The notes under the pieces are model-generated. The model was not told the DNA's origin. It saw only the letters and a program-made list of their open reading frames with translations, and ran no database searches. This document shows positions 19,205 to 27,810 of a stretch of DNA of 64,000 nucleotides, piece by piece. Position 1 is the stretch's first letter; each line of letters opens with the position of its first letter. The position numbers were made by a program, and so were the translations under genes. Origin of the DNA: Nitratireductor sp. Lineage in GTDB: Bacteria > Pseudomonadota > Alphaproteobacteria > Rhizobiales > Rhizobiaceae. The stretch is taken from NCBI GenBank assembly GCA_017854535.1, contig JAFMHL010000001.1:27365-91364 (forward strand). The letters run 5' to 3'.

Positions 19205-19999
19205 TTAACCGAAATTGCGGGCCGCATATTCATGCAGTTCCATTGTTGGATATTTTTCGAGGCTTTCTGAAAGCGCTTCAGCTGCCGCTTTAACTTGTTC
19301 TTTGATGATTTCTATCGCTTCGCCATCCACCGATGTTTCTGCAATGGTCATGCATAGGGCGGCAATCGGATTGCGGCTCTCGCCAAAGACAGGAGACGCG
19401 ATGCCGATTACTCCTTTCGTCACTTCACCATAGGCTGCTGCGACACCTTCTTTGCGGACGTTTTTCAAGGCTTCGGTAACTTCCTCGATATCTTCGCCGA
19501 GACCGATTGAAATCAATTCTTCAAGGTTGTTTTGAACTAATTTCTCTATTTGGCGACGAGGCAAGTTTGCCATAATAGCTCTAGAAATCGCGCCTCTGGC
19601 TAAGGGCATAGGGCGCCCACGGGGATAGCTGGATATTGGGTTTGGGATCGAGCATTCAGATGCCACACATAAGAGTTTTTCGCCATACCAACGAACCAGA
19701 AAGCCAGTGCAAGGCCATGCTTTACTCAGGTTTAAAAGATGCTCCTTGCCATATCGTACAAGTGGATCCGAGCACTGCATCAAGAAATCCATCTCTACGA
19801 AGCGAGGCCCAAGGGTCATGATGCCATTTGGCATGGCGACCAGGAAACCCGCTTCTTTCAAGAGCTTTACATAGCGATAAAGAGTAGGGCGCGAATAACC
19901 TAGTTTTTCTATTAATTCATCGGCCGTCCACTCTAGCCTGTTTTCGGTAAAAACATCCAGAATGGTCAATATTTTATCCGCGCTTCCAGTGCCGCTCAT
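19205..19999 (-). CDS. IclR-family transcriptional regulator
   Basis: 264 aa. N-terminal wHTH (LGYSRPTLYRYVKLLKEAGFL) and a C-terminal IclR effector domain (IASPVF...). Overlaps the permease stop by 4 nt. Confidence 0.8.
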   Translation of the reverse strand: MSGTGSADKILTILDVFTENRLEWTADELIEKLGYSRPTLYRYVKLLKEAGFLVAMPNGIMTLGPRFVEMDFLMQCSDPLVRYGKEHLLNLSKAWPCTGFLVRWYGEKLLCVASECSIPNPISSYPRGRPMPLARGAISRAIMANLPRRQIEKLVQNNLEELISIGLGEDIEEVTEALKNVRKEGVAAAYGEVTKGVIGIASPVFGESRNPIAALCMTIAETSVDGEAIEIIKEQVKAAAEALSESLEKYPTMELHEYAARNFG

Positions 20000-21942
20000 T
20001 GGTTTTTCTCCAAGGCAGTTTTCAATTTTTTGCCAGATAGATAATTCGTAATCATGAGAGCCAACCCGCCTCCGGCTCCAACCAAATCTGTCCAGACAGC
20101 TCCTTCAAACATTCCTGCTGGGACCAAGGCCAATAGCCCGAAAAGAGCAAATAGAATACGCATTTGCGGGCTTAGTTCGCTTGCAAAGAAACCTGCAAGG
20201 CTTGCTGAAATCAACCAAACCCCAAATGTAGCTGTGACGATTGCAATCGTGATTTCCAAAGGCTCGCCAATCAACAAGAGTGTTGGTGAGAAAACAAAAA
20301 GCAAAGGAATGATATAGGCCGCCCAGCCGAATTTCATAGCGGCCCATCCCGTTGCCATTGCGGGAGCTCTGGCAATAGAGGCTGCAGCAAACGCAGCTAG
20401 GGCAATCGGTGGTGTGATCATCGACATCATACCGAAATAGAGAACATATAAATGTGCGGCGATTGGCTCAATTCCAACCTGAACCAGGGCTGGAGCAACC
20501 AAAGCTGCAAGCAAGACATAGACACCAAGGGTTGGAAGGCCCATGCCTAATATGATGCAAACTATTGCTGATAAAAAAAGCAATATGATCGCGCTGCCGC
20601 CCCCAACTTGCACCAAAGCATAGGTCAAGTTGAAGCTGAGACCCGTCACATTTAATACGCCAATTACCAAGCCGGACGCTGCTGAAATCAGGATGATTTC
20701 CACTAATGAATGACCAGTTGTAGAAAGGCTATCAAAGAGTTTTCTCGGAGAGGGACGTTGGCCTGCATAACCAAATATGAGCGATGTAAAGATTAGGCAA
20801 AGGGCTGCCGCTAGCGCTGCTTTTTCAGGCCGCCAACCCAATGTGAATAGTGTGTAGATCAAGACTACAAAGGCTAATAGAAAATGCAGCCCAGTTAGTA
20901 CTTTGCGTTTCTCAGGCAACATCGAAGCGGGCACAGGAGCAATACCAAGTTTGGCTGCTTCAAGATCGGCCTGAATAAACAATGCAACGTAATACAAGAT
21001 GGCTGGCACGAGCGCGGCCATAACGATTTCAGAATATGGAATTGCCAAGAATTCGGCCATTAAAAAGGCTGATGCACCCATGACAGGCGGCATCAGTTGC
21101 CCACCAGTAGAGGCAACCGCTTCAATAGCTGCAGCTTTGTGAGCCGGGTATCCGTCTTTCTTGATCATAGGGATTGTTATGACCCCAGTGCCCACAACAT
21201 TTGCCACTGCAGAGCCCGAGATTGATCCGAAAAGACCAGAAGCAAGAACTGCGATTTTCATCGATCCACCGCGAAACCGACCCATTGCTAGCATCGCAGC
21301 ATCTGTAAAAAAGTAAGTTCCGCCGGTAGCGGAAAGAAGAGTGCCGAAAAGAATAAACGTGATCACGACAGTCGCAGCTACAGAAAGAGGTAAGCCCAAC
21401 ACACCGTTTGAATCAAATGCCATATAACCAGACAGAACTTGCCAGTTCTGTGCGCGTCCTTGCAAACGTCCAGGTAAAAGATCGCCGATAAGAGCGTATA
21501 ATAAAAACACAGCAATAATGATAACGAGCGCCCAGCCAGTTGCCCGGCGCAAAGCTTCTAAAAGCAACAAAGTAATGATGAGACCGGGCAGCCAAACGGC
21601 AATCGGCTTCAAGAAGATAAGGGTGACCAGATCTGGATAGTTGATCAGAATGTATCCGGAGACCAAGAAGGAGATGGCAGCCAAGGCAATATCATACCAG
21701 GGAACATGTCTGTTGCGGCTTCGTGTGGCTTTTGCCTTTGCTGGCAATGTCAAAAATGCCATGGGCATGACACATGCCAAAATCGCTGCAAAATATTGCT
21801 GCGGATAAAAACCGATGTTCAACATGCGCAGCACATTGAGTGCATAAGCGATGGCAATTACCATCATTAAAATGGCAAGACCGTCTGCTATCCGCTGAAC
21901 GAAAAGGCCTGAATTAGCCTTTTCGATTGAAGTGTCCGCCAT
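19996..21942 (-). CDS. TRAP transporter, fused 4TM/12TM permease (TAXI-type system)
   Basis: 648 aa, highly hydrophobic along its whole length. The size and its pairing with a TAXI receptor gene are typical. Confidence 0.8.
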   Translation of the reverse strand: MADTSIEKANSGLFVQRIADGLAILMMVIAIAYALNVLRMLNIGFYPQQYFAAILACVMPMAFLTLPAKAKATRSRNRHVPWYDIALAAISFLVSGYILINYPDLVTLIFLKPIAVWLPGLIITLLLLEALRRATGWALVIIIAVFLLYALIGDLLPGRLQGRAQNWQVLSGYMAFDSNGVLGLPLSVAATVVITFILFGTLLSATGGTYFFTDAAMLAMGRFRGGSMKIAVLASGLFGSISGSAVANVVGTGVITIPMIKKDGYPAHKAAAIEAVASTGGQLMPPVMGASAFLMAEFLAIPYSEIVMAALVPAILYYVALFIQADLEAAKLGIAPVPASMLPEKRKVLTGLHFLLAFVVLIYTLFTLGWRPEKAALAAALCLIFTSLIFGYAGQRPSPRKLFDSLSTTGHSLVEIILISAASGLVIGVLNVTGLSFNLTYALVQVGGGSAIILLFLSAIVCIILGMGLPTLGVYVLLAALVAPALVQVGIEPIAAHLYVLYFGMMSMITPPIALAAFAAASIARAPAMATGWAAMKFGWAAYIIPLLFVFSPTLLLIGEPLEITIAIVTATFGVWLISASLAGFFASELSPQMRILFALFGLLALVPAGMFEGAVWTDLVGAGGGLALMITNYLSGKKLKTALEKNQ

Positions 21943-21953
21943 TTATGTAGGCC

Positions 21954-22910
21954 TTATTTCAAACCGGCTTCAGCGAAAAATTTCAAAGCGCCAGGATGAA
22001 AATCGACCACACCTGGATCACCTTTCATGTCTGCTGGATTAAATGCACCAAACGGTTTGAAAGTTTCAACCATAGCAGCCTTACCTTCATGCATGGCTTT
22101 GGCCATTTGATAAACGACTTCATCAGAAACACCCGCATGAGTGAAGACAACCTGAGGAAACGCGATGTAGGTTGTATCTTCCAATACGCCAGGTGAACTT
22201 CCGGCTTTCATCACAGTAAAGAAGGCAGTCGGCCAATGTTTCTTTGCTGCTGCCAAGGCTGCATCGCTATCATCTGCAACACCAAGTGCGCGAAGGCCAC
22301 CGACCGCTGCGTCTGCTTCACGCACCTTGCCTGCGCCATGAGCGAAAATGAACCCAACGGCATCGCCTGCAATAAATGCATCTGCGCCACCCACAACTGA
22401 AGGCACATTTACCGGTGTCATGTCTGCGCGTGACATTCCTGCTGTCGAATAAAACGCTTCAAGTTGCGGCAGGATCGTGTTTTGTGCAGTAAAGCCGTCG
22501 GTCATTGGCTTCCCCTTAAGGTCCGCCAAAGTCATGATGTCACTGTCTTTACGAACGAAGATGGCTTCTTTCAAAGGCATAAGCATTCCGACGATGCGCA
22601 GATTTGGATTTTTATTGCCTTCCCACCAGGCTTCCCCAGTTAAAGCATAGTTCACTTCCTGCAGATTTGCGACGCCAAATTCAATGCCGCCGGAATTCAG
22701 CAATGGAATAAACTGGTTGGGACTTGTTGCCGGTTGAATTGTTGTATTGAGGCCAGCCTTATTTGCAGCATTAGCAACAGCCGTTCCGATATTGTGGAAC
22801 AATGATCCCGGATTTGAAGTGGCTATTCCCACTGCTTGAGCTGATGCGGTACTTACCAGGCCCAATGTTAGCGTGGCGCCAAGCGCCAATGACGCGATTA
22901 ATTTACGCAT
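21954..22910 (-). CDS. TAXI-family TRAP transporter solute-binding receptor
   Basis: 318 aa. Signal peptide MRKLIASLALGATLTLGLVSTASAQA followed by VGIATSNPGSLFHNIG, typical of TAXI (TIGR02122-like) receptors. Confidence 0.8.
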   Translation of the reverse strand: MRKLIASLALGATLTLGLVSTASAQAVGIATSNPGSLFHNIGTAVANAANKAGLNTTIQPATSPNQFIPLLNSGGIEFGVANLQEVNYALTGEAWWEGNKNPNLRIVGMLMPLKEAIFVRKDSDIMTLADLKGKPMTDGFTAQNTILPQLEAFYSTAGMSRADMTPVNVPSVVGGADAFIAGDAVGFIFAHGAGKVREADAAVGGLRALGVADDSDAALAAAKKHWPTAFFTVMKAGSSPGVLEDTTYIAFPQVVFTHAGVSDEVVYQMAKAMHEGKAAMVETFKPFGAFNPADMKGDPGVVDFHPGALKFFAEAGLK

Positions 22911-22971
22911 ATTTTTTCCTCCCGAAAAAAGTTGAAGAGTACAAATTTAGAAAACTCTACTCTGCACATAG

Positions 22972-22986
22972 TCTCATATAATGAGA
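22972..22986. promoter_or_regulatory. Palindrome TCTCAT-ATA-ATGAGA in a divergent promoter region
   Basis: Perfect 6-bp arms with a 3-bp spacer. Lies 62 nt upstream of the TAXI receptor start codon. Confidence 0.3.
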
Positions 22987-22992
22987 TTATTT

Positions 22993-23031
22993 AAAAATGA
23001 CTTGCTTTTGTTAATTTGACAAGTCATTTTT
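22993..23031. promoter_or_regulatory. 12-bp-arm inverted repeat AAAAATGACTTG-N15-CAAGTCATTTTT (candidate operator)
   Basis: Perfect arms at 22993-23004 and 23020-23031, between the divergent TAXI operon and the ThDP-enzyme gene. Confidence 0.4.
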
Positions 23032-23092
23032 TGTTTTATCGATGATGCGCCGCATTACAGGTAAATTTGGCAAGATTTTGGGAGTGAAATTG

Positions 23093-24838
23093 ATGGTGTT
23101 ATCAACAGGCGCTGAACCTGCCTCAGAGAACGAGGTGTCGACCTTTCCAACTCCCGCAAATGGTGCAGAATCAGTTCTTCTCGGATTAAAGTTTCACGGG
23201 GTAGATTATCTCTTTGCAAATGCGGGAACTGATTTCCCGCCTATCATCGAGGCGCTTTGCAACCTTCCGGCCGCCGCTATGCCAGAGCCGATCACGATAC
23301 CCCATGAAACGGCAAGTGTGGGAATGGCCCATGGCTATTTTCTGGTTACGGGAAGACCGCAGGCTGTCATGGTTCATGTAAATGTCGGGCTAGCGAATGC
23401 TGTCATGGGGGTTATCAATGCTGCCAGTGATAATGTGCCAGTTCTGGTTATGTCTGGTCGTACGCCTATTACTGAGTCTGGCCGGAAGGGTTCGCGAATG
23501 TCTCCGATCCAGTATGGTCAGGAAATGTTTGATCAGTCCTCGCTGGTTTCAGATACGGTCAAATATCATTATGAGATGCGCTATCCCGAACAGGGAGAGC
23601 CGCTCGTGTCGCGGGCGCTGGCACTAGCCAAGAGCGAACCGGCCGGGCCAACCTATCTGAGTTTGCCACGTGAACCTTTGACGGAGGTTATCAACGACGC
23701 CCAACAACTACCTTTCAATGCCAGGCCAGCAACCAGTCGTATGTTTCCCGACCCTGAAAAAATCAAAGAAATAGTCGGTCTATTAAAAAAAGCAGATAAT
23801 CCGCTTATTCTTGTTCAGCGCGGAGATGTGGAGGGAAAGCTATCCAAAGTCCTTCAGTCTATTTGTTTGAAGCATGCGATTGCCGTTTGTGAACCGTTCC
23901 CTGTTCGTAATGTCATGCCTTCCGCACATCCAATGTTTGTCGGTCATGATATCAAATCTGCGTTGACAGAGTCTGATCTGATAATCGCGCTGGACTGCGA
24001 TATTCCTTGGTTAGAGGCATTTCACAAACCACCTCTAACCACACCCATTGTGCATATTGGGCCAGATCCGCATTTCGCCAGAATGCCAATGCGCGGTTAT
24101 AAAACCGACATAGCGCTTCAATCTGATCCTATTGCCGCCATGGAAGCACTGGATCAGGCAATTCAGGACCCAATGCCAGAAACGGAGCAACGAAAGCTAG
24201 CAATTGCAAAACGAAATTCTGCAAGGCATGCAAAAATTAAAACCTTGATAGAATCTGGCAATGCATCGCCCATCGGTGCGGAATGGTTGAGCCATTGTAT
24301 TTCCGAAGCAATGGATGAAACGGCAATTGTGTTTTCTGAACTCGGCGTATTGCCGGGAATGATGCAGCTCAAAGGTCCTAACAGGGTTTTTGCCAATCCT
24401 CATTCCGGCGGTCTTGGTTGGGCTATGACTGCTGCTTTGGGCGCGCAATTGGCAGATCTGGATCGGCTGGTAATTTCCTGCATCGGAGATGGCTCTTATG
24501 TGTTTGCCAATCCAACAGCCTGTCATCAAATTGCAGAGGCGCTGCAATTGCCGTTGCTAACCATCATCAAAAATAACGGAATGTGGAATGCGGTGCGGCG
24601 ATCGGTTGTGGACTCTTACCCTGAGGGAGTTGCCGCGCGAACTAATAAAATGCCTTTGACCTCGCTAGAACCTGCTCCAGATTATCTCAAGATTGCTGAA
24701 GCAAGTCGAGCCTATACGGAGCGCGTTGAAAAAGGTGAAGATTTACCCGCAGCTCTAGCAAGAGCAATCAAAGTTATTCGAGAAGAAAAACGACAGGTCT
24801 TGCTCGAAATCAAATCAGCAGTTTCGGATACATTTTAA
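23093..24838 (+). CDS. Thiamine-diphosphate-dependent enzyme (acetolactate-synthase / benzoylformate-decarboxylase superfamily)
   Basis: The N-terminal PYR domain (NGAESVLLGLKFHGVDYLFANAGTD...HETASVGMAHGY) and the C-terminal ThDP motif (IGDGSYVF...NNGMWN) are visible. The ATG at 23093 follows GGGAG, whereas the track start at 23042 has no RBS. Confidence 0.75.
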   Translation: MVLSTGAEPASENEVSTFPTPANGAESVLLGLKFHGVDYLFANAGTDFPPIIEALCNLPAAAMPEPITIPHETASVGMAHGYFLVTGRPQAVMVHVNVGLANAVMGVINAASDNVPVLVMSGRTPITESGRKGSRMSPIQYGQEMFDQSSLVSDTVKYHYEMRYPEQGEPLVSRALALAKSEPAGPTYLSLPREPLTEVINDAQQLPFNARPATSRMFPDPEKIKEIVGLLKKADNPLILVQRGDVEGKLSKVLQSICLKHAIAVCEPFPVRNVMPSAHPMFVGHDIKSALTESDLIIALDCDIPWLEAFHKPPLTTPIVHIGPDPHFARMPMRGYKTDIALQSDPIAAMEALDQAIQDPMPETEQRKLAIAKRNSARHAKIKTLIESGNASPIGAEWLSHCISEAMDETAIVFSELGVLPGMMQLKGPNRVFANPHSGGLGWAMTAALGAQLADLDRLVISCIGDGSYVFANPTACHQIAEALQLPLLTIIKNNGMWNAVRRSVVDSYPEGVAARTNKMPLTSLEPAPDYLKIAEASRAYTERVEKGEDLPAALARAIKVIREEKRQVLLEIKSAVSDTF

Positions 24839-25584
24839 TGGATTGGCTTTCCTACAACGTTGTCTACATTTTCATTGGCTTTGCAATGGGAGGGTTGTTG
24901 AAAGGGGCTACAGGCGCTGGCGCCCCTTTGGTCGCCATTCCTTTGCTTTCTCTGTTTTACAGTGTGCCTTTGGCTGTGACTGTATTTGCTATGCCGAATT
25001 TGACGTCAAACTTGTGGCAAAGCTGGAAGCATAAAGAAGATTTGCTGCCTTATAAATTCGTATTCATGTTTGCACTGGCGGGCATGGTGGGCGCTGGGAT
25101 TGGAACCTATATGCTAGCGTCAGTTCCTGGAAACGCGTTGAAGCTTTTCACCGCATTGGCAGTATTTTGCTATATTGGATTCCGGTTGGCAAAACCCCAT
25201 TGGATTTTGTCCTTTGCCCATGCAAGTAAGATCGTTTTTCCCATCGGCGCTATTGCGGGTGTGTTGCAGGGTGCAGTGGGTATCTCAGCACCTGTATCTA
25301 TCACATTCTTAAATTCGATGAAGCTTGAACGCAGGCAGTTTATCGCAACGATTTCTATCTTCTTTTTGGCGATGGTTTTTGTGCAGCTTCCATTGATGAT
25401 ATATTATGGGCTTATGACAAAAGAGCGCTTTATTCTAAGTTGTCTTGCTATCGTCCCATTGCTTGCATTCATGCCCGTTGGTGCATTTTTGGCGCGTCAC
25501 ATATCCAAAGAAACATTTGATAAAGTCATCCTTGTTGTTTTGGGGATTTTGGCAATTCGACTGGCCTATGAAGGGTTTGTGTAA
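24838..25584 (+). CDS. TauE/SafE-family (DUF81) anion permease
   Basis: 248 aa, about 7-8 TM helices. G-rich N-terminal helix (GLLKGATGAGAP) typical of the family. The start overlaps the ThDP gene stop (TAATG). Confidence 0.7.
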   Translation: MDWLSYNVVYIFIGFAMGGLLKGATGAGAPLVAIPLLSLFYSVPLAVTVFAMPNLTSNLWQSWKHKEDLLPYKFVFMFALAGMVGAGIGTYMLASVPGNALKLFTALAVFCYIGFRLAKPHWILSFAHASKIVFPIGAIAGVLQGAVGISAPVSITFLNSMKLERRQFIATISIFFLAMVFVQLPLMIYYGLMTKERFILSCLAIVPLLAFMPVGAFLARHISKETFDKVILVVLGILAIRLAYEGFV

Positions 25585-26765
25585 CCTTCAAATCGACGTA
25601 AATGCCAACCGCCCAAAAGACAGGCAAATGAAACGAGAAGCACCAGGGGAATAGTTACCGTCCAGCTGGTGAAATGTGAAACCAGTGCTGCTACCAATGG
25701 AGGCCCTGTAAGCTGACCAAGTGCAGAACCTTGAGCGAGCATGCCGTTCACAGTAGCAAAAGAGGACTTGTTTGGAGCAATCAGCATGACGCTGGCAAAG
25801 AGCGAGCTGGGTATCAGTCCGCCGATGGCGCCATAAAAGAGTGCAGCGGCAATTCTTAAGCTAACGGGTGTGTCAGTTAGAAATACGATAGATCCAGAGA
25901 TACCAATTCCTAAAGCTGCCCAGATGATAAGCGTTGAGGACGCAAATCCCTTGCTATGTAGCCAGCCGGAAAAGGCGTTTCCAAAGGCGTTGAACAATAC
26001 CACTGCGGCTCCAAATGAGGCGGCCATAGGCAGGCTAAACCCGTCATTCTGCGTTAAGATGAGTGGGAGAAAACCCGTCAGGATCATGTAAAGGCCAGCA
26101 TATAGCCCAAAGATAGCGCTGGCGGTCAGCGGACCTGATCGCTGCATGACTGAGAAGGACTCGCGAAGAGACAGTTTTTGTTTCGGTATAGTTTCTTGAT
26201 TTGCTTGTGGTTTGCCCGCCCACCAAACAGGAACCATTACTATTAAAATTACAATGTACGCGATCCACCATACGGGCCGCCAGCCAAAACCCTCAAGGAT
26301 TGGCCCTGCAACAATCATCATCAGGAATGATCCGACCGGCATGTAAAGCCCCCAAAGGGCAAAGGCGGTCTTTTGCCGCTCATCTGACATGGCGCCAGCG
26401 ATTAAAGAGGGGACCGCGGCAACTGTCATCAAAAACCCAAGGCCTTCGACTAATCTCGATACTATGAGCATTCCTGAGCTGGGTGCAAAACTGCCAAGGA
26501 GAGATGCGCTGGCGGTCAGGAACATTCCACAAAGAACAAAACGGAGTTGTCCTGCCCGGTCTGCGAGCAAACCTATGAGCGCAGCGCTGCTCGCTGCGAT
26601 CAGGCTGAAGATTCCCATGATCCAACCAATTTCGGTCAATGAGATATTCAACTCATTTTGTATTGCTGGAATGGCTGGTGGCACTTTGCCTACTTGCAAC
26701 GCCACGGCGATGCCAGCGCCCAGGAAAATCAAAACACGCAACCAACTATTCGATGATTTTGGCAT
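25566..26765 (-). CDS. MFS transporter
   Basis: 399 aa, about 12 TM helices, with the MFS loop motif context LADRAGQLR between TM2 and TM3. Confidence 0.75.
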   Translation of the reverse strand: MPKSSNSWLRVLIFLGAGIAVALQVGKVPPAIPAIQNELNISLTEIGWIMGIFSLIAASSAALIGLLADRAGQLRFVLCGMFLTASASLLGSFAPSSGMLIVSRLVEGLGFLMTVAAVPSLIAGAMSDERQKTAFALWGLYMPVGSFLMMIVAGPILEGFGWRPVWWIAYIVILIVMVPVWWAGKPQANQETIPKQKLSLRESFSVMQRSGPLTASAIFGLYAGLYMILTGFLPLILTQNDGFSLPMAASFGAAVVLFNAFGNAFSGWLHSKGFASSTLIIWAALGIGISGSIVFLTDTPVSLRIAAALFYGAIGGLIPSSLFASVMLIAPNKSSFATVNGMLAQGSALGQLTGPPLVAALVSHFTSWTVTIPLVLLVSFACLLGGWHLRRFEGYTNPS

Positions 26766-26952
26766 TTATCCGCTTTCTCGATGTAGCCGCAGCTTTCTGA
26801 GTACCTTGGAAGATGCGTGAACCTGAATAAAGAGTTTTGCTCTTTCGGCAATTCGTTTTTGGCAAAATTCTACAAGCCTCATAAGAATTAGCTGGTTTTT
26901 TTGGGCTCAACCCACCGCGCGGAAACTCTATTTAAATGTGTCGTTGAAATTA

Positions 26953-26962
26953 TTGTATACAA
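26953..26962. promoter_or_regulatory. GntR-type operator candidate, perfect palindrome TTGTATACAA
   Basis: Fits the generic GntR-family half-site logic (GT-N-TA-N-AC). Lies between the divergent MFS and GntR genes. Confidence 0.5.
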
Positions 26963-27014
26963 AAATGTGTATTTCTTCAAATTTGACTTGCTAAAGTTTT
27001 AACATTTTGCATAA

Positions 27015-27023
27015 TTGTATACA
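27015..27023. promoter_or_regulatory. Second copy of the operator-like motif (AATTGTATACAG)
   Basis: TTGTATACA is repeated 62 bp downstream of the first copy and 26 nt upstream of the GntR start codon. Confidence 0.45.
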
Positions 27024-27048
27024 GGGTATGCTTGGAGGAGCGGAAATC

Positions 27049-27780
27049 ATGTCGAAGCAAGAACGCAGCACGCAGTTTTCCAAAGCATTGATGGAAGTAC
27101 GCTCTATGGTGCTTGACGGTTCTTTCCCTGTCGGCGAACGGCTTTCAGAAACTGCTGTTGCTGAACAGCTGGATGTTTCTCGGACCCCTTTACGTCAAGC
27201 TTTAGATCGGCTGATAGATGAGGGGCTTTTAGAGCGCATTGAAACAGGTGGCTGCCGTGTCGCCAGTTTTTCATTTGACGACATCGTCGATGCGATTGAG
27301 TTGCGTGGTGTCATGGAAGGCACTGCAGCTCGTGTTGCCGCTGAGCGTGGTGTTAGCGTTGAAAAGGAAACTGAGTGTCGGCAACTTCTCATAAAGCTCG
27401 ATGATGCTGTTTTTGGGGCCGATGAACTCGATTTTTCTTCTTATGTAAGCCTTAATGAGCGTTTTCATGAATTGCTGACAGAAATGTCAGGAAGCAAGAT
27501 TATTAAACGTGAAGTAGAGCGCATCGCTAGATTGCCTTTGGCATCGCCTAGCGCTTTTCTCGATGGGCAAACATCAATTCCAAATTTTCATGCATCGCTG
27601 AAGATTGCACAGGCCCAGCACCGCGCAATTTTTGATGCCATATGCAGACGCGAAGGAGCGCGCGCTGAAGCGCTTGCCCGCGAGCATGCGCGCTTGGCGC
27701 GACACAATTTCGATTATGTTTTGAATATCAATCCTCGACTTGCTGAGCGTGTACCTGGAATGGCTTTGGTTGCGAGTTGA
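27049..27780 (+). CDS. GntR-family (FadR/FCD subfamily) transcriptional regulator
   Basis: wHTH (LSETAVAEQLDVSRTPLRQALDRLIDEGLL) plus an all-helical FCD-like C-terminal domain. The ATG at 27049 is preceded by GGAGGAG. Confidence 0.8.
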   Translation: MSKQERSTQFSKALMEVRSMVLDGSFPVGERLSETAVAEQLDVSRTPLRQALDRLIDEGLLERIETGGCRVASFSFDDIVDAIELRGVMEGTAARVAAERGVSVEKETECRQLLIKLDDAVFGADELDFSSYVSLNERFHELLTEMSGSKIIKREVERIARLPLASPSAFLDGQTSIPNFHASLKIAQAQHRAIFDAICRREGARAEALAREHARLARHNFDYVLNINPRLAERVPGMALVAS

Positions 27781-27810
27781 ATTTAGTTTTTACCTTAGGA
27801 GGAAAAAATA

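Noticed and set aside
26389-26820. 143-aa plus-strand ORF overlapping the MFS gene
   Set aside because: It is antisense to a 12-TM transporter ORF of normal length. It has no RBS or family signature.
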